DNA from: Squalus acanthias
Lineage: Eukaryota
DNA: 64,000 bases
Assembly (NCBI GenBank): GCA_030390025.1
Contig: CM059432.1
Coordinates: 68,822,001 to 68,886,000, forward strand
Direction: 5' to 3'
Part shown: positions 52,901 through 64,000 of the stretch, one piece after another
Layout: every line of letters starts with the position of its first letter
Position numbering within the stretch: the stretch's first letter is position 1
Program-made: the position numbers and the translations under genes
Notes under the pieces: generated by a model
What the model saw: only the letters and a program-made list of their open reading frames with translations
Told to the model about the DNA's origin: nothing
The model's database searches: none

Positions 52901-55059
52901 CTCATTTGACCCATGATTCTTTTGTTTTGAGTTAGTTGGTGTTGCAAGATTCCTAAAACAGCTCCCCAATTGTGTCAATTGCATGATGACACTCTGCACC
53001 ATCCTCAAGCATCAGATAAGCTCAGGTATAATGAAGCACACCAGGGAGCATGAAACACCCAAGAATCAACTTTTCAAACCCTGAAACAAAGATCCCATTG
53101 TTTGGATTACTCCAGAGGTGCCTCTATATGCACTTCTCAGAATCTGCAAAATCTTTATTGTGTTATTTATATTTCACAACTCAGCAGACAGAGAGATACA
53201 CAACTTGAAGTCTCTGAGAATGTTTTCTAATGAAGAGCAGCAACTTCGGCAGCACAGAGATGAGATCCCTGGGCATTGGTAGTGGAAGCTACAACTAAAC
53301 TCATGCAAAAATATATAACCTGAAACATGCAAACCTTTCCCCAAACTTTACTGCTGAAAGAAATCATATCAATTTATGAATTTGAAAACCAACATAAACA
53401 CTACATCAAGAATCCTCTTGAGGTCATCATAACAAAAGGAAAGCTATACTTAAAAGTCGTTTACCAGCTTCAAAAGCAAGCATGCAATGCAGTCCATATA
53501 ACTTTGGATCAAAATAAAAAGATTTAAATTTCTCAGCGTGTGTAACCACAAGCAAAGCTGGTATGCCATTAGAGTTGTTTCTTTAAACAGAATGGATATA
53601 AATTGATGTAGTTAAAACAAAATGTAGATTTTACAAATTTGTATTTCTGGCTTGGAGCTGCACACGCTGGAGACACATATTGGGAGGCCAAGTGCAAAGT
53701 TAGTGGGTGGAATTAATGGATGGAAAATGCTGCACAGTGCACTGACCCCTCGCATGAAGCTCCATGTCAGGAGCACAAATTTGTAAGCTCTGCCCATTTG
53801 TACCTGAATTTGCTTATTATGTTTCAGGCAGGCCGGTTGCTCACCTATTTACAGACCCGCCTGAATATGGCATCAGGCAGGCCTTGGGCATCAATGGGGC
53901 AGCTGAGGTTTCTCCTCCTGATCTTCAACTCCCGGCTATTCGTTTTTCAGGTGCAAAATGGATAGCTGTGAATTGAATTTCTGCTCTATGGCTCTCAATT
54001 ATTTCTGTCTTCATAAACACTTCTAATTGCCTCTTTATACAAACTCATTTATACCTCTTTCTCTCTGGAGGGCAGAATGACTTAATTTGTCACTTCTAAT
54101 GATGTGTAGCCTGAATTTGATCTTGTTACAGAAATTATATTAACCAGGTATGCTTTTTCTGCCTCTGACGATCTGAGTCAACATGTGTAGCATTTTGCAG
54201 GGGAGCTCAGTGGTCACTTACCTGGCTGCGGCCACTGTGAATGGTGTGCCAAATGCCTCTTAATCCTGCACATATAGCAGACTGCAAGCCAACTATTAAC
54301 TAACAAATCAACATTCAGAATTAATTGTATTCCACCCTTGATGTCAACAAAAACAAGTCTGGCAGCAATAGTACTAGGACCAACAATGAGAGAAGATTGT
54401 AAATTGGCCCCCATGCTAATTACCTGGAATGATGCACTCATGTTGGATATAGCAACCTCTACAATGAAATTATTTCAATATACAAGTGTACTAATGGACG
54501 TAGCAAGTCTTGCTTGCCTTTCTCAATAATATGATTCACTGCATTGGATACTGAGACTCTTGTGACTACCTCCACATTCTGTTGATGCAACAGGATCGTT
54601 AGCCCGAAAGGCAAGAAGTTGAGTTGAGAAAATATGACAATGATGCCCTATCAGGGTAGTCAGTCAGTTTAAAGATGTTAGAAAAAATGAGTAATGCAAC
54701 TCTGCAATAAATGGGAACACAGTAAAAGGTGAATGCGAAAACCCAGCAGGTAAATCAGGAAATAGCTAAGGTCTAAAGTTGCTAAAGTCAATGGGGGCTA
54801 AATTGGGTAGCCCCCAAAAATAGATGCAGGGATCACGATGCGCGATTACCCCGCACCCGTTCAGTGCAATGCAGGCAGCACGCCAATTTTGTGCTGCCTC
54901 TCATTGTAAGGATTGCTGCGTGCAGCCAGCGCTGACTGCGCTGATCATTGGCTGCACACATCAGCAGGGGGCCCAATATCGTTACTTGCTAGCACTACTT
55001 AAAGCTAAAAGTGAGAAGTCGCACAACACCAGGTTATAGTCCAACAGTTTTATTTGAAA

Positions 55060-55097
55060 TCACAAGCTTTCGGAGCTGCTGCTCCTTCGTCAGGTGA
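55060..55097 (-). ncRNA. Minimal hammerhead ribozyme motif
   Basis: rc TCAC-CTGACGA-A-GGAGC AGCA GCTCC-GAAAG-CTT-GTGA. Confidence 0.75.
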
Positions 55098-55183
55098 AGT
55101 GAAGAATACAAATCGGCACAGCATATATAGACAGAGAACAATGTCTCTGTCTATATATGCTGTGCTGATTTGTATTCTTCACT

Positions 55184-55221
55184 TCACCTGATGAAGGAGC
55201 AGCAGCTCCGAAAGCTTGTGA
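55184..55221 (+). ncRNA. Minimal hammerhead ribozyme motif
   Basis: TCAC-CTGATGA-A-GGAGC AGCA GCTCC-GAAAG-CTT-GTGA; canonical CUGAUGA box. Confidence 0.78.
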
Positions 55222-55404
55222 TTTCAAATAAAACTGTTGGACTATAACCAGGTGTTGTGCGACTTCTCACTTTTGTCCACCCCAGTCCAACACCGGCATC
55301 TCCGCATCATACTTAAAGCTAGCCTGCACCTCTTAAAGGGAAGGTGCGTTGTGGCTGCTGAAGGTGCTGAGATCATTCGCAATAGTAGTGTGCAACAATC
55401 AACA

Positions 55405-57097
55405 ATGGCTGACCATGGGAGAAAGTATGCACCAAGGTTTTCCGACGCTGCACTGGAGGTCTTGGTGGAGGAAGTGGAAAGGATGAGGGATGTCCTGTAT
55501 CCACAGTGGGGGCAAGGGGTCCTCCAGACACACGATGAGAAGGCTGTGGGAACAGATAGCCGCAGAGGTGAATGCCAGCAGTTTAGCGCCGAGGACCTGG
55601 ATGCAGTGCCGCAAGAAGTTTAATGACCTCACACAAGTGGTCAAGTTCAGTGAATTCATCTTCATATGCTTCACCTCAACCTCACACATTTAGTACTGTT
55701 GCAAGCCTCACACCCACATCACGCAGTTTGTAAACACTGCCAGCTATTCAACCATGACAGCCACAGCACCCAAACCTATTGCACGACAGTCACTGACACA
55801 CTTCCCTCTCTCTTGCAGGACAAGGTGGCACACAACTGGAGGTGGCAGGAACTAACCAGAGGGGGAGAGGAGTGCCTTCATGTTCTAACCCGCATGGAGG
55901 AGATGGTGCTGGCCATTATGGGAAGGGTCATTGCTGAGGCTGTGGCCAGCAGCAGGAATGAATTCATTGACGATGATGGTATCCTCAAACCTAATCCTCC
56001 TTCTCACATCCCACTTCCCCCTCATCCCACAATCTCTTCTGACTTAAAATATGCAGATCATATAAGTATGCACTTCTCACTTGCCCCTCTCCCCTCACCA
56101 CAACTTTACCCTTGTCCTTTTTTCCTTTCAGATACCCAAGAACTGCAACCTGCCCTGGCAGTGGAGGAAGACCAACAAGACAGTATTGATGAAGACACAT
56201 TGTCACTTGATTTCACACAAGCAGCCACCAGCTCAGATATTGACACTGTGCATATCTTAGAGGATAGCATAGAGGCAGGATCTGCACATGGTGAGACAAC
56301 GGACACAAAGGTGCTGCAGTCAGGGCAGGGGGCAAGGATAACGCAGATACCAGCTCGCTGGGGCGCAAGGTCGCACGCGAATTCTGCTGCAGTGGACTCA
56401 GATGAGGACGTCGATGGGCCAGGCTACAGACGGCTGATGGGTGTACACAACGAAATGCTTGGTGCATTGAGAAGCCTGCCAAAAAGCGTGCATTCAATGT
56501 CAAGGAGCATGGAGGAGTCCGGGACCAAATTGTCACAGGGCTTTGCCCAGCGCTTGGAGCCCATCATTTCCAGCATGGAACTGGTGGCCAACTCCATCAA
56601 CACACTTGTAGAACCAACTATGATGCAGCGTCAGATGGCCGATGCCTCAACTTCCATTGCAGCACAAGTAGCAAAAGTTTGAGTGCTGCAGTGGAAGCTC
56701 AGGCTGCTGTCATCATGGCTGTGGTTACCAGTGTTCCAGGTGGTCACAGTAGTCGAGCAATCTGTCCTCCAACAGATTACTATGGTTGCTTAGGCACTGC
56801 CCCAGGGGAGTGGCAGTGGTTCCATGGAGCAAAAACCTGCTGTCCTTTCTCAGTATGACAGTATTCGTGATCTCACCTCTGCCACTCCGCCAGCCAGCCC
56901 AGACTGCTGCTGCCCATGCCGACATGTTGCAGTCTGAAACCGGGCCTTCTAGGCCCAGAGCTGCTCGAGGTCCCCAAGGCCGTCTGCAATCTCCTCCACT
57001 GAAAGTCAGCAACCTTCCACCAACCTTGCTGCAGCAACTGGGATAGTACTTCGTAGGAGCACTGCGACAGACAAAGGCACAGAAGACAGGCACTAAG
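55405..57097 (+). pseudogene. Harbinger Myb/SANT gene, probably three exons (55405-55645, 55819-55978, 56132-~57097), disrupted
   Basis: APRFSDAALEVLVEEV / LWEQIAAEVNASSLAPRTWMQCRKKFNDL with a frameshift; pyrimidine-rich acceptors TCTCTTGCAG (55818) and TTCCTTTCAG (56131); first donor reads TT instead of GT. Confidence 0.7.
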
Positions 57098-57289
57098 GGA
57101 ATGCACAAGGGTGATTAGTTTAAGTTTGTATGCAATATGGCATGATTTAATTTATAAATTTAGCTTGGAATGCATATTCTATGTTGGCTTTTTTTTTTGC
57201 AAATTGGCCAAGAGGACGGCATGATTGTCAGTGCCAGAGGGAAGGTAAGGAGTGTGGGACTGTTGGTGAATGGGGAATTGGGGTTGAGA

Positions 57290-58448
57290 TTACTGGTATT
57301 GCACTTGAATTAGTACTTCACATACAGCCTGGGCAGAAAGGGGCTGTCTAGGTTACAGCCTCCCTTTCTCTTCTTCCTCTCCCGCCTCCTCCTCTTCCTC
57401 CTCCTCCTCCTCCTCGTGCTCTTGCTCCTCTGCTTCTCACTTGATAGGTGGTGGCAAGGGCTGTTCCCTTATGATGGCAAGGTTGTGCAGCATGCAGCAG
57501 ACCACCACAATCTTGAGACTCGCTCAGCCGAGCACTGCAGGGCTCCTCCAGAGCGATCCAGGCAGCAGAATCATTGCTGCAACACGTGAATGGTCTGCTC
57601 TATCATATTTCTTGTGGCAGCATGGCTCTCATTGTATGCATACTGTACACATGTGCATGGGTTGCGAACTGGAATCATGAGCCATGTCATTAGCAGATAG
57701 CCCTTGTCACCCAATAGCCACCGTTTGGTTTGGTTTGGTGGCTGAATTACATCTGGCACGGTGGTCTGCTGCAGAATGAAGGCATCATGACTGCTGCCAG
57801 GATACCGGGCATTGACCTGCATGATTCGCTGCGTTGGTCACATACCAGCTGCATGTGGAAGCAGTGGAATCCCTTCTAGTTCAGGTACATGGCAGAGTTG
57901 ACATGAGGCACATGCAAAGCAATGTACGTGCCGTCAATGATACCCTGCACCATGGGGAAGGCTGCAATCCTTGCAAACCCTCGTGCTTGCTCCACCTGCT
58001 TCTCTCTGGCAAGAGGGAATGAAATGAAGTTATCTCTCTTGGAATAGAGAGCCTCAGTGACCTCCCTTATGCAGCAGTGCATTGCAAACTGCAAGATGTT
58101 GCTAATACCTCCAGCACCAGCCTGGAAGAAGCCAGGCGCATAAAAGTTCATCACCACGGTCACCTTCACAGCCACTAGCAATGCGGTCCTTGCCCTGCTC
58201 TGAGGTTAGAGTTGTGTCTACAGCAGTTGGCAGATTTCAATGACGACCTCCTTAGTGAAGCGCAGACATCTCAAACATTGGTCCTCGCTGAGGTTCAGGT
58301 AGGAGAATTGCTCCCTGAACACCCTGGGCAGAAATGGCCTCCTGCTTCCCCTCCTCCCTCTTTTAGCAGCTCGTCCTGCTCTGCATGGTCTCTGCTCATT
58401 TTCCCAGTCATGCTTGACTCCAAGAGGAAGGCCTACTAGTGCACCCAT
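57290..58448 (-). pseudogene. Harbinger DDE transposase, frameshifted
   Basis: [50 protein letters not shown]; poly-Glu tract at 57360-57420. Confidence 0.88.
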
Positions 58449-59589
58449 GTCTGGCAGCAACTGGTTTGTGCAGAAGCCGTGAAGTCAGCAAAAAGTACTT
58501 CAGCATCTGCCACACCACTTCCTGTAGAATATTGAAACTTGAAACAACTAAGGAAAACACCAAAAACATGTAGAATTGTAGCAACAGCCAGAAGAAATAA
58601 ACCAGCAACTAACCTGTAAGTAGTTGATGATCCCTTTAAATAACGTTGGTGGGGGGTCCTTCCTGCTGCTTAACGTGTGTTCAGCTGTGCGAGGTTAAAA
58701 GAGGGCATCGGCTGGAGCATGGAGCTCCAAAATGCACGCTGATTGACATTATGATCTGCCTGCTCTGCATACTTCCGGCAGACATTAACTGCATGCACAC
58801 TAACCCCTTTACCAAGAAGGCAACAGAAGTGTGCGCATGCGCTTCGGACGCCATTTTTGAACCCTAAGGGCACTCGTAGCACCCAAAAATGGGTGCTACC
58901 GAGCCTCATTTCGCCATCAATGTTTAGACCAGAAGGCTGAAAAATGCCCAAAAGGAGGAGTTGATGTTGATTGGAGCATTGTAGGAAACCCAAGATAAAA
59001 AGCTTAGAGTAAGAATGAGAGAATGGAGTTAAAATGATGAGCCACACGGAGTTAAGGATTAAGGTCATGCTTGCAAACAGCACAGAGCTATTCAGTATAG
59101 CAGTCACTGACTCCCCATTTGGCTTCCGAGTGTAAAGAACACTACACCATAAGCAATGATTATAGTAGACAAGACGAGAGGAAGTGGATATAAATTTTTG
59201 ACTCTCTGTGAAGTGTATTTGAGTTCACAAGCGATTGATGTGAGAAGATGTGAATAGAAAGGTGTTGCATCTTCATAATTATTAGATCTACTGCAGTTGC
59301 ATGGGAATGTGCTTGGAGAAGAGCAAACAGTACTGAGGGTGATAGAGGAGTGAACAACAATGTCTTGGAGGCAATGGATCATCCAGAAAGCAGTAGTGGA
59401 AGGGAGGGGAGGGCAGAGGTGCTAGGTGCTAGATGCTAGGACTATGTTGTAGGTGGCTGAATGGGCAAAAATAATCAGGTGGATATAAGGGTTAGTGGGA
59501 TGGAATGTGAAGAAGAGAGATCGTTTTATTCTTGTGAAACGAGGTAGAAGGGGTGATGGGGAAGAATACAAAATAGGGCAAATGCACTA

Positions 59590-60800
59590 TTCACTTTTTT
59601 TAATTCTTGGAATGTGGATGTTGCTGGCATCTCTAGTTGTCCTTGAGTAGGTGGTGGTTGGCCGCCTTCTTGAACTGCTGCAGTCCGTGAAGTGAATGCA
59701 CTCCCACAATGCTGTTCGGTAGGGATTTCCAGGATTTTGACCCAGCGATGATGAAGGAACAGCGATATATGTCCAAGTCAGGATGGTGTGTGACTTGGAG
59801 GAGATGGTGTTCACATGCACCTGTTGCCCTTGTGCTTCTGGTGGAGTTGGTGAGTTTGGGAGGTGCTGCTGAAGAAGCCTTGGTGTGTTGCGGCAGTACA
59901 TCCTGTAGATGGCACAGAGTGCAGCCGTGGTACGCAGTGGTGGAGGGGATGGACATTTAGACTAGTGGATGATGTGCCAACAAAGCAGACTGCTTTGGTC
60001 TGGATGGTGTTCAGCTTCTTGGGGGTTGTTGCAGTTGCACGCATCCCAGCAAGTGGAGAATATGCCATCACGCTCCTGAATTATGCCTTGTAGGTGGCGG
60101 AGTGGCTTTGGGGAGTCAGGAGGTGAGCCACTTACCACATAATACCCAACCTCTAACCTGCTCTAGTAGCCACGGTTTTTATGTGGCTAGGCCGGTTGAG
60201 TTTCTGGACAATAGTGACTCCCAGGATGTTGATGTTGGGGGTCTTGGTGATGGTAATGCCATTGAATGTCAAAGGAAGGTGGTTAGGTTTACTCTTTTTG
60301 GAGATGGTCATTGTCTAGCACTTGTGTGGTATTTATATTACAAGCCACTTATCAGCCTAAGCCTGGATGCTGTCCAGGTCTTTCTGTATGCAGGCACAGA
60401 CTGTTTTATTATCTGAGAAATTACAAATGCAACTGAACACTGTGCAATCATCAGCAAACAGTCCCACTTCTGACCTTATGATGTTGGGCCTAGGATGCTG
60501 CTCTGAGGAACTCCTGCAGCGATGTCCTGCGATGCCTCCAACAACCACAATCATCTACGTTCGTGCTAGGTATTACTCCTGCCACTGGAGAGTTTTCCCG
60601 CTGATTCCCATTGACTTTAGTTTTACTAGGGTTCCTAGGTGCCACATTTGGTCAAATGCTGTCTTAATGTCAAGGTCAGTCACTCTCACCTCACCTCAAG
60701 AATTCACATCTTGTCTCGATGTTTGGACCAAGGCTGTAATGAGATCTGGAGCTGAGTGGCCTACTTGGAACCCAAATTCCGCATCGGTGAGCAGGTTATC
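59590..60800 (-). mobile_element. Decayed copy of the 11490-13030 LINE family
   Basis: Colinear nucleotide similarity; GLFADDCTVF, LLTDAEFGFQVGHSAPDLITALVQT. Confidence 0.85.
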
Positions 60801-61629
60801 TGTCTCTGCTCTTTTGTGTGCACAGCCACCAGAAACTTTCCAAGGATTTTCTTCTCCAAAATAGACTGACTGGTTATAGTCATACAAAGGCTTATCAAGA
60901 GGCTGAACCTTAACAGTGTAACTGATTACATGGTGTTTCACTCAGTAACTAGTGTCATTCGTCAATATTCACAAAAAGAGCTTTGAATGGCCAAGAAAGT
61001 ACAGGAGCAGAAACTTTGGGGATTCATTGCTCAGCCATTGCACAAGCTGTTAAGAAATGGTTCTCTTATTTCATGCACCAAAGATTGTTGGACATAATTC
61101 GCTGTGTTGCTCATTAGGTTGGCTGTCATATTGCTGGTGTAGTCCAGCTTCTTCTGTAGATCAATAAAATGAAAACAGTCTAAGATTATAGAATAAATAG
61201 TTTTCTAATATTTTTGTCATATATGAGACATCAAAAATGATTGCCCATGACTGCAATGCTCAGAATTAAATCTTTGGAGTTGAATATTTCATATTTTGTA
61301 TTGAGTATTTTATCTATTATGAATAGTATACCGTGTTTTATAAACTTACATTAAAAGACACATACAAAGATCTGCCAGGTTCAGCAGATGTCTTTCCGAC
61401 AGCATAGTCTCAACTCTTTCCAAGCTTCCAAGAACTGAACTGAAAAGGGTCCAGACTTTTTTTTGGCAGGCGTCATGATTGGTCCTCTCCCTATGGCTGT
61501 GTAAACTTGGTGCTGGACTGAAATCTATAGTGTAATCATTTTAACATAATTGTTTTTTGACATACATCCATATTCTTATCAGAAAAATTATATTCTATTG
61601 CTCTATAGCTTCATACCAAACCTTACAAT

Positions 61630-61788
61630 AGGTAGATAGATTCTTGATAAGCAAGGGGGTGAAAGGTTATCAGGGGTAGGCGGAAATGTGGAGTAATCAG
61701 ATCAGCCATGATCTTATTGAATGGCGGAGCAGGCTCGAGGGACCGAGTGGCCTACTCCTGCTCCTAATTCGTATGTTCGTATGTTTGT
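61630..61788 (+). mobile_element. CR1 3' end
   Basis: GATCAGCCATGATCTTATTGAATGGCGGAGCAGGCTCG...(TTCGTATG)n. Confidence 0.85.
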
Positions 61789-62232
61789 ACAATACACCTG
61801 TTATTGGATGGGGGAAGGGAATTGATGGTGCATCCAAAAGTGGCTGGTCTCCTATTTAACAACTCACCTACATTTAGATCCATCTTCTATTCTTTAAAAC
61901 ATGGCTTACTCATTCCTTTCTGTAAGTTAGCCACTTTTACTATTATGCTATGTCAGTATTACTATCCAGTAACTTGCAGATGTCAAGGGCATAGTTTGCA
62001 GCTTGTGAGAGATTTAAAATTACTGAAATATTTTAAATTTATTATCAACAGTAAATTACTGCACATAAATGTGGATGATAATATTTGTGTAGCTCGGTAG
62101 TAAAGTCCTACTATTTGCGCATTCTTTTCCAACTTACTGCAATCTCCTCTCTGTCCTCTCTTCAAGGAGCTGATGGTCAGCTAGGGTACAGTTCTTAAGG
62201 AATGATTGGGGAACTAAACAGAAGATAGAAGA

Positions 62233-63070
62233 GTTGTGTGGTGTCGTGGTCGCTGTTCGCAGCAAATTACCCAGCTGTCAGGAGAACAGCGACCACGACA
62301 CCACACAACCCTGCCACGGCAACCTCTGCAAGACATGCCAGATCATGAACACAGATACCGTCATCACACGTGAGGACACTACCCACCAGGTACATGGTAC
62401 ATACTCATGTGACTCGGCCAACGTTGTCTACCTGATACGTTGCAGGAAAGGATGCCCCAGAGCATGGTACATCGGCGAGACCATACAAACACTGAGACAA
62501 CGTATGAACGGACACCGCGCAACAATCGCCAGGCAGGAGTATTCCCTCCCAGTCGGGGAACACTTCAGCAGTCAAGGACATTCAGCCTCCGATCTTCGGG
62601 TAAGCGTTCTCCAAGGCGGCCTTTGAGACACACGACAACGCAAAATCATCGAGCAGAAACTGATAGCCAAGTTCCGCACCCATGAGGACGGCCTCAATAG
62701 GGATATCGGGTTCATGTCACGCTACAGAACGTGACTCGACATCGTTGTCTGTCTTTCCAGTTTTTAAAAAAAACACAAAAAAAACAAACACAAAAAAAAC
62801 ACAAAAAAAAACTGCAGACAGCAGGATTTGACATGTTGGACCCCCTGTGACACATCTCATTGTCTTGGCTGTGCTCTTGGTGTGTCTTTGATGTAAGGAC
62901 ACCTTCCCTGAAAGATTGTATCTCTGCAGTTTCTGTGTTTATATACTGTGAAATATTGTAGATTCACTCATTGTAACTTTACCTGAGGAAGGGGCGACAG
63001 CTCCGAAAGCTTGTAATTTTAAATAAATCTGTTGGACTATAACCTGGTGTTGTGCGACTTCTCATTTTTG
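62233..63070 (+). mobile_element. 5'-truncated Penelope-like element (GIY-YIG end and pseudo-LTR), same family as 5941 and 55008
   Basis: CHGNLCKTC...VVYLIRCRKGCPRAWYIGET...VGEHF...GLNRD; pseudo-LTR with hammerhead and AATAAA. Confidence 0.9.
62979..63016 (+). ncRNA. Minimal hammerhead ribozyme motif
   Basis: TTAC-CTGAGGA-A-GGGGC GACA GCTCC-GAAAG-CTT-GTAA. Confidence 0.7.
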
Positions 63071-63505
63071 AGTCAGAAGGTTGTGGGTTCAAGTCCTGCT
63101 CCAGAGACTTGAGCACACAAATCTAGGCTGACACTCCAGTGCAGTACTGAGGGAGCGCTGCACTGTCAGAGGTGCTGTCTTTTGGATGAGACGTTAAACC
63201 GAGGCCCAGTCTGCTCTCTCAGGTGGACGTAAAAGATCCCATGGCACTATTTCGAAGAAGAACAGGGGAGTTATCTCCAGTGTCCTGGCCAATACTTATC
63301 CCTCAATCAACATCACTAAAACAGATTATCTGGTCATTATCACATTGCTGTTTGTGGGAGCTTGCTGTGCGCAAATTGGCTGCCTCGTTTCCTACATTAC
63401 AACAGTGACTACACTTTAAAAAGTACTTCATTGGCTGTAAAGCGCTTTGAGATGTCTAGTGGTTGTGAAAGGCGCTGTAGAAATGCAAGTCTTCCTTCCT
63501 TCTTC
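63070..63505 (+). mobile_element. DeuSINE/SacSINE1-like SINE lacking the A-box part of the head
   Basis: GGTTCAAGTCC B box, central domain, tail AAAGGCGCTGTAGAAATGCAAGTCTTCC. Confidence 0.88.
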
Positions 63506-64000
63506 CATTGTAGAACACATTTCAGGTAACAATTGTATTCAAAATGACTGCAGCTAGAGACTGGAATCCTGGATTACAGCACAAAGTAGAATTGTAGATT
63601 TTTTTTGAGAATTGCACCTCAAGATATCTTACCCTGAACTGTATAATTTCCTCAATTAATAAACACTATAACTGATTTTGTAAGATAATGACAGTAAGAT
63701 TTTTTTTTAATTTGCTCTGAGCTTTTCAGAACTCCCCAATGTAAAAAATGTTTCCTTAACAAAGTTAACATTTCTTGTGAGGATAATGAAGAAAGCTGTC
63801 ACCAGTCTGTTTCCTTGATTCTGTGCATTGCACAGGCCAATTTTTGGAACATTGACGCAACAGCATTTTGCAATAACATCAGTTTTTTCCTGTTTGACGT
63901 GGAAGAACTAATTCCACTACAATGACTCATTCACTCATGGGCCAAATTAGTGAATTAAATCTACTTTCTGTGGCATTCCTGACTTAATTACTTTAACAGT

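Larger units (their letters stand above)
55008..55309. mobile_element. Palindromic PLE pseudo-LTR-only insertion
   Basis: ~130-bp inverted arms centred at 55140/55141 plus a ~35-bp unique tail; TSD TACTTAAAGCTA (54996-55007, 55310-55321). Confidence 0.88.
54793..58918. mobile_element. Full-length, decayed two-gene PIF/Harbinger transposon
   Basis: TSD AAT; degenerate TIRs GGGGGCTAAAT / rc GATGGCGAAAT; convergent Myb gene (+) and transposase (-). Confidence 0.85.
54650..59590 (-). mobile_element. Old decayed Penelope GIY-YIG end, split by the Harbinger element
   Basis: LGIFQPSGLNI (right of 58918) continues as DFSNFRP left of 54793, matching PSGLNIEFNNFRS of younger PLE copies. Confidence 0.65.

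Noticed and set aside
50340..54640. Long repeat-poor AT-rich stretch, candidate for exons or conserved non-coding elements
   Set aside because: No supportable exon or RNA gene; needs cross-species alignment
55666..56682. 338-aa ORF as an independent gene
   Set aside because: Appears to be read-through of Harbinger Myb gene introns and exons rather than a separate CDS
61360..61517. Possible minus-strand host exon (ATTTCAG acceptor, one open frame of ~50 codons, GTATGT donor)
   Set aside because: No recognisable protein similarity, and splicing to the next candidate acceptor near 61154 gives immediate stops

Overview
Eukaryotic, repeat-saturated DNA with no host gene that I can support. The repeat repertoire (CR1 LINEs with 8-mer tails, L2, RTE, DeuSINE/SacSINE1-like SINEs, two Penelope-like element (PLE) families, PIF/Harbinger transposons) suggests a cartilaginous fish intergenic or intronic region; that assignment is inference. 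Nearly all long ORFs are disrupted transposon ORFs. Notable structure: (i) eight minimal hammerhead-ribozyme motifs in PLE terminal repeats, including a 445-bp-period tandem mini-element and a ~300-bp palindromic mini-element with a hammerhead on each strand; (ii) two two-gene Harbinger elements plus many TIR-bounded derivatives with non-canonical 3-bp TSDs, including a two-copy family that keeps only the Myb/SANT domain; (iii) insertion nests up to four levels deep; (iv) a highly decayed Gypsy pol relic that the ORF track mostly misses.
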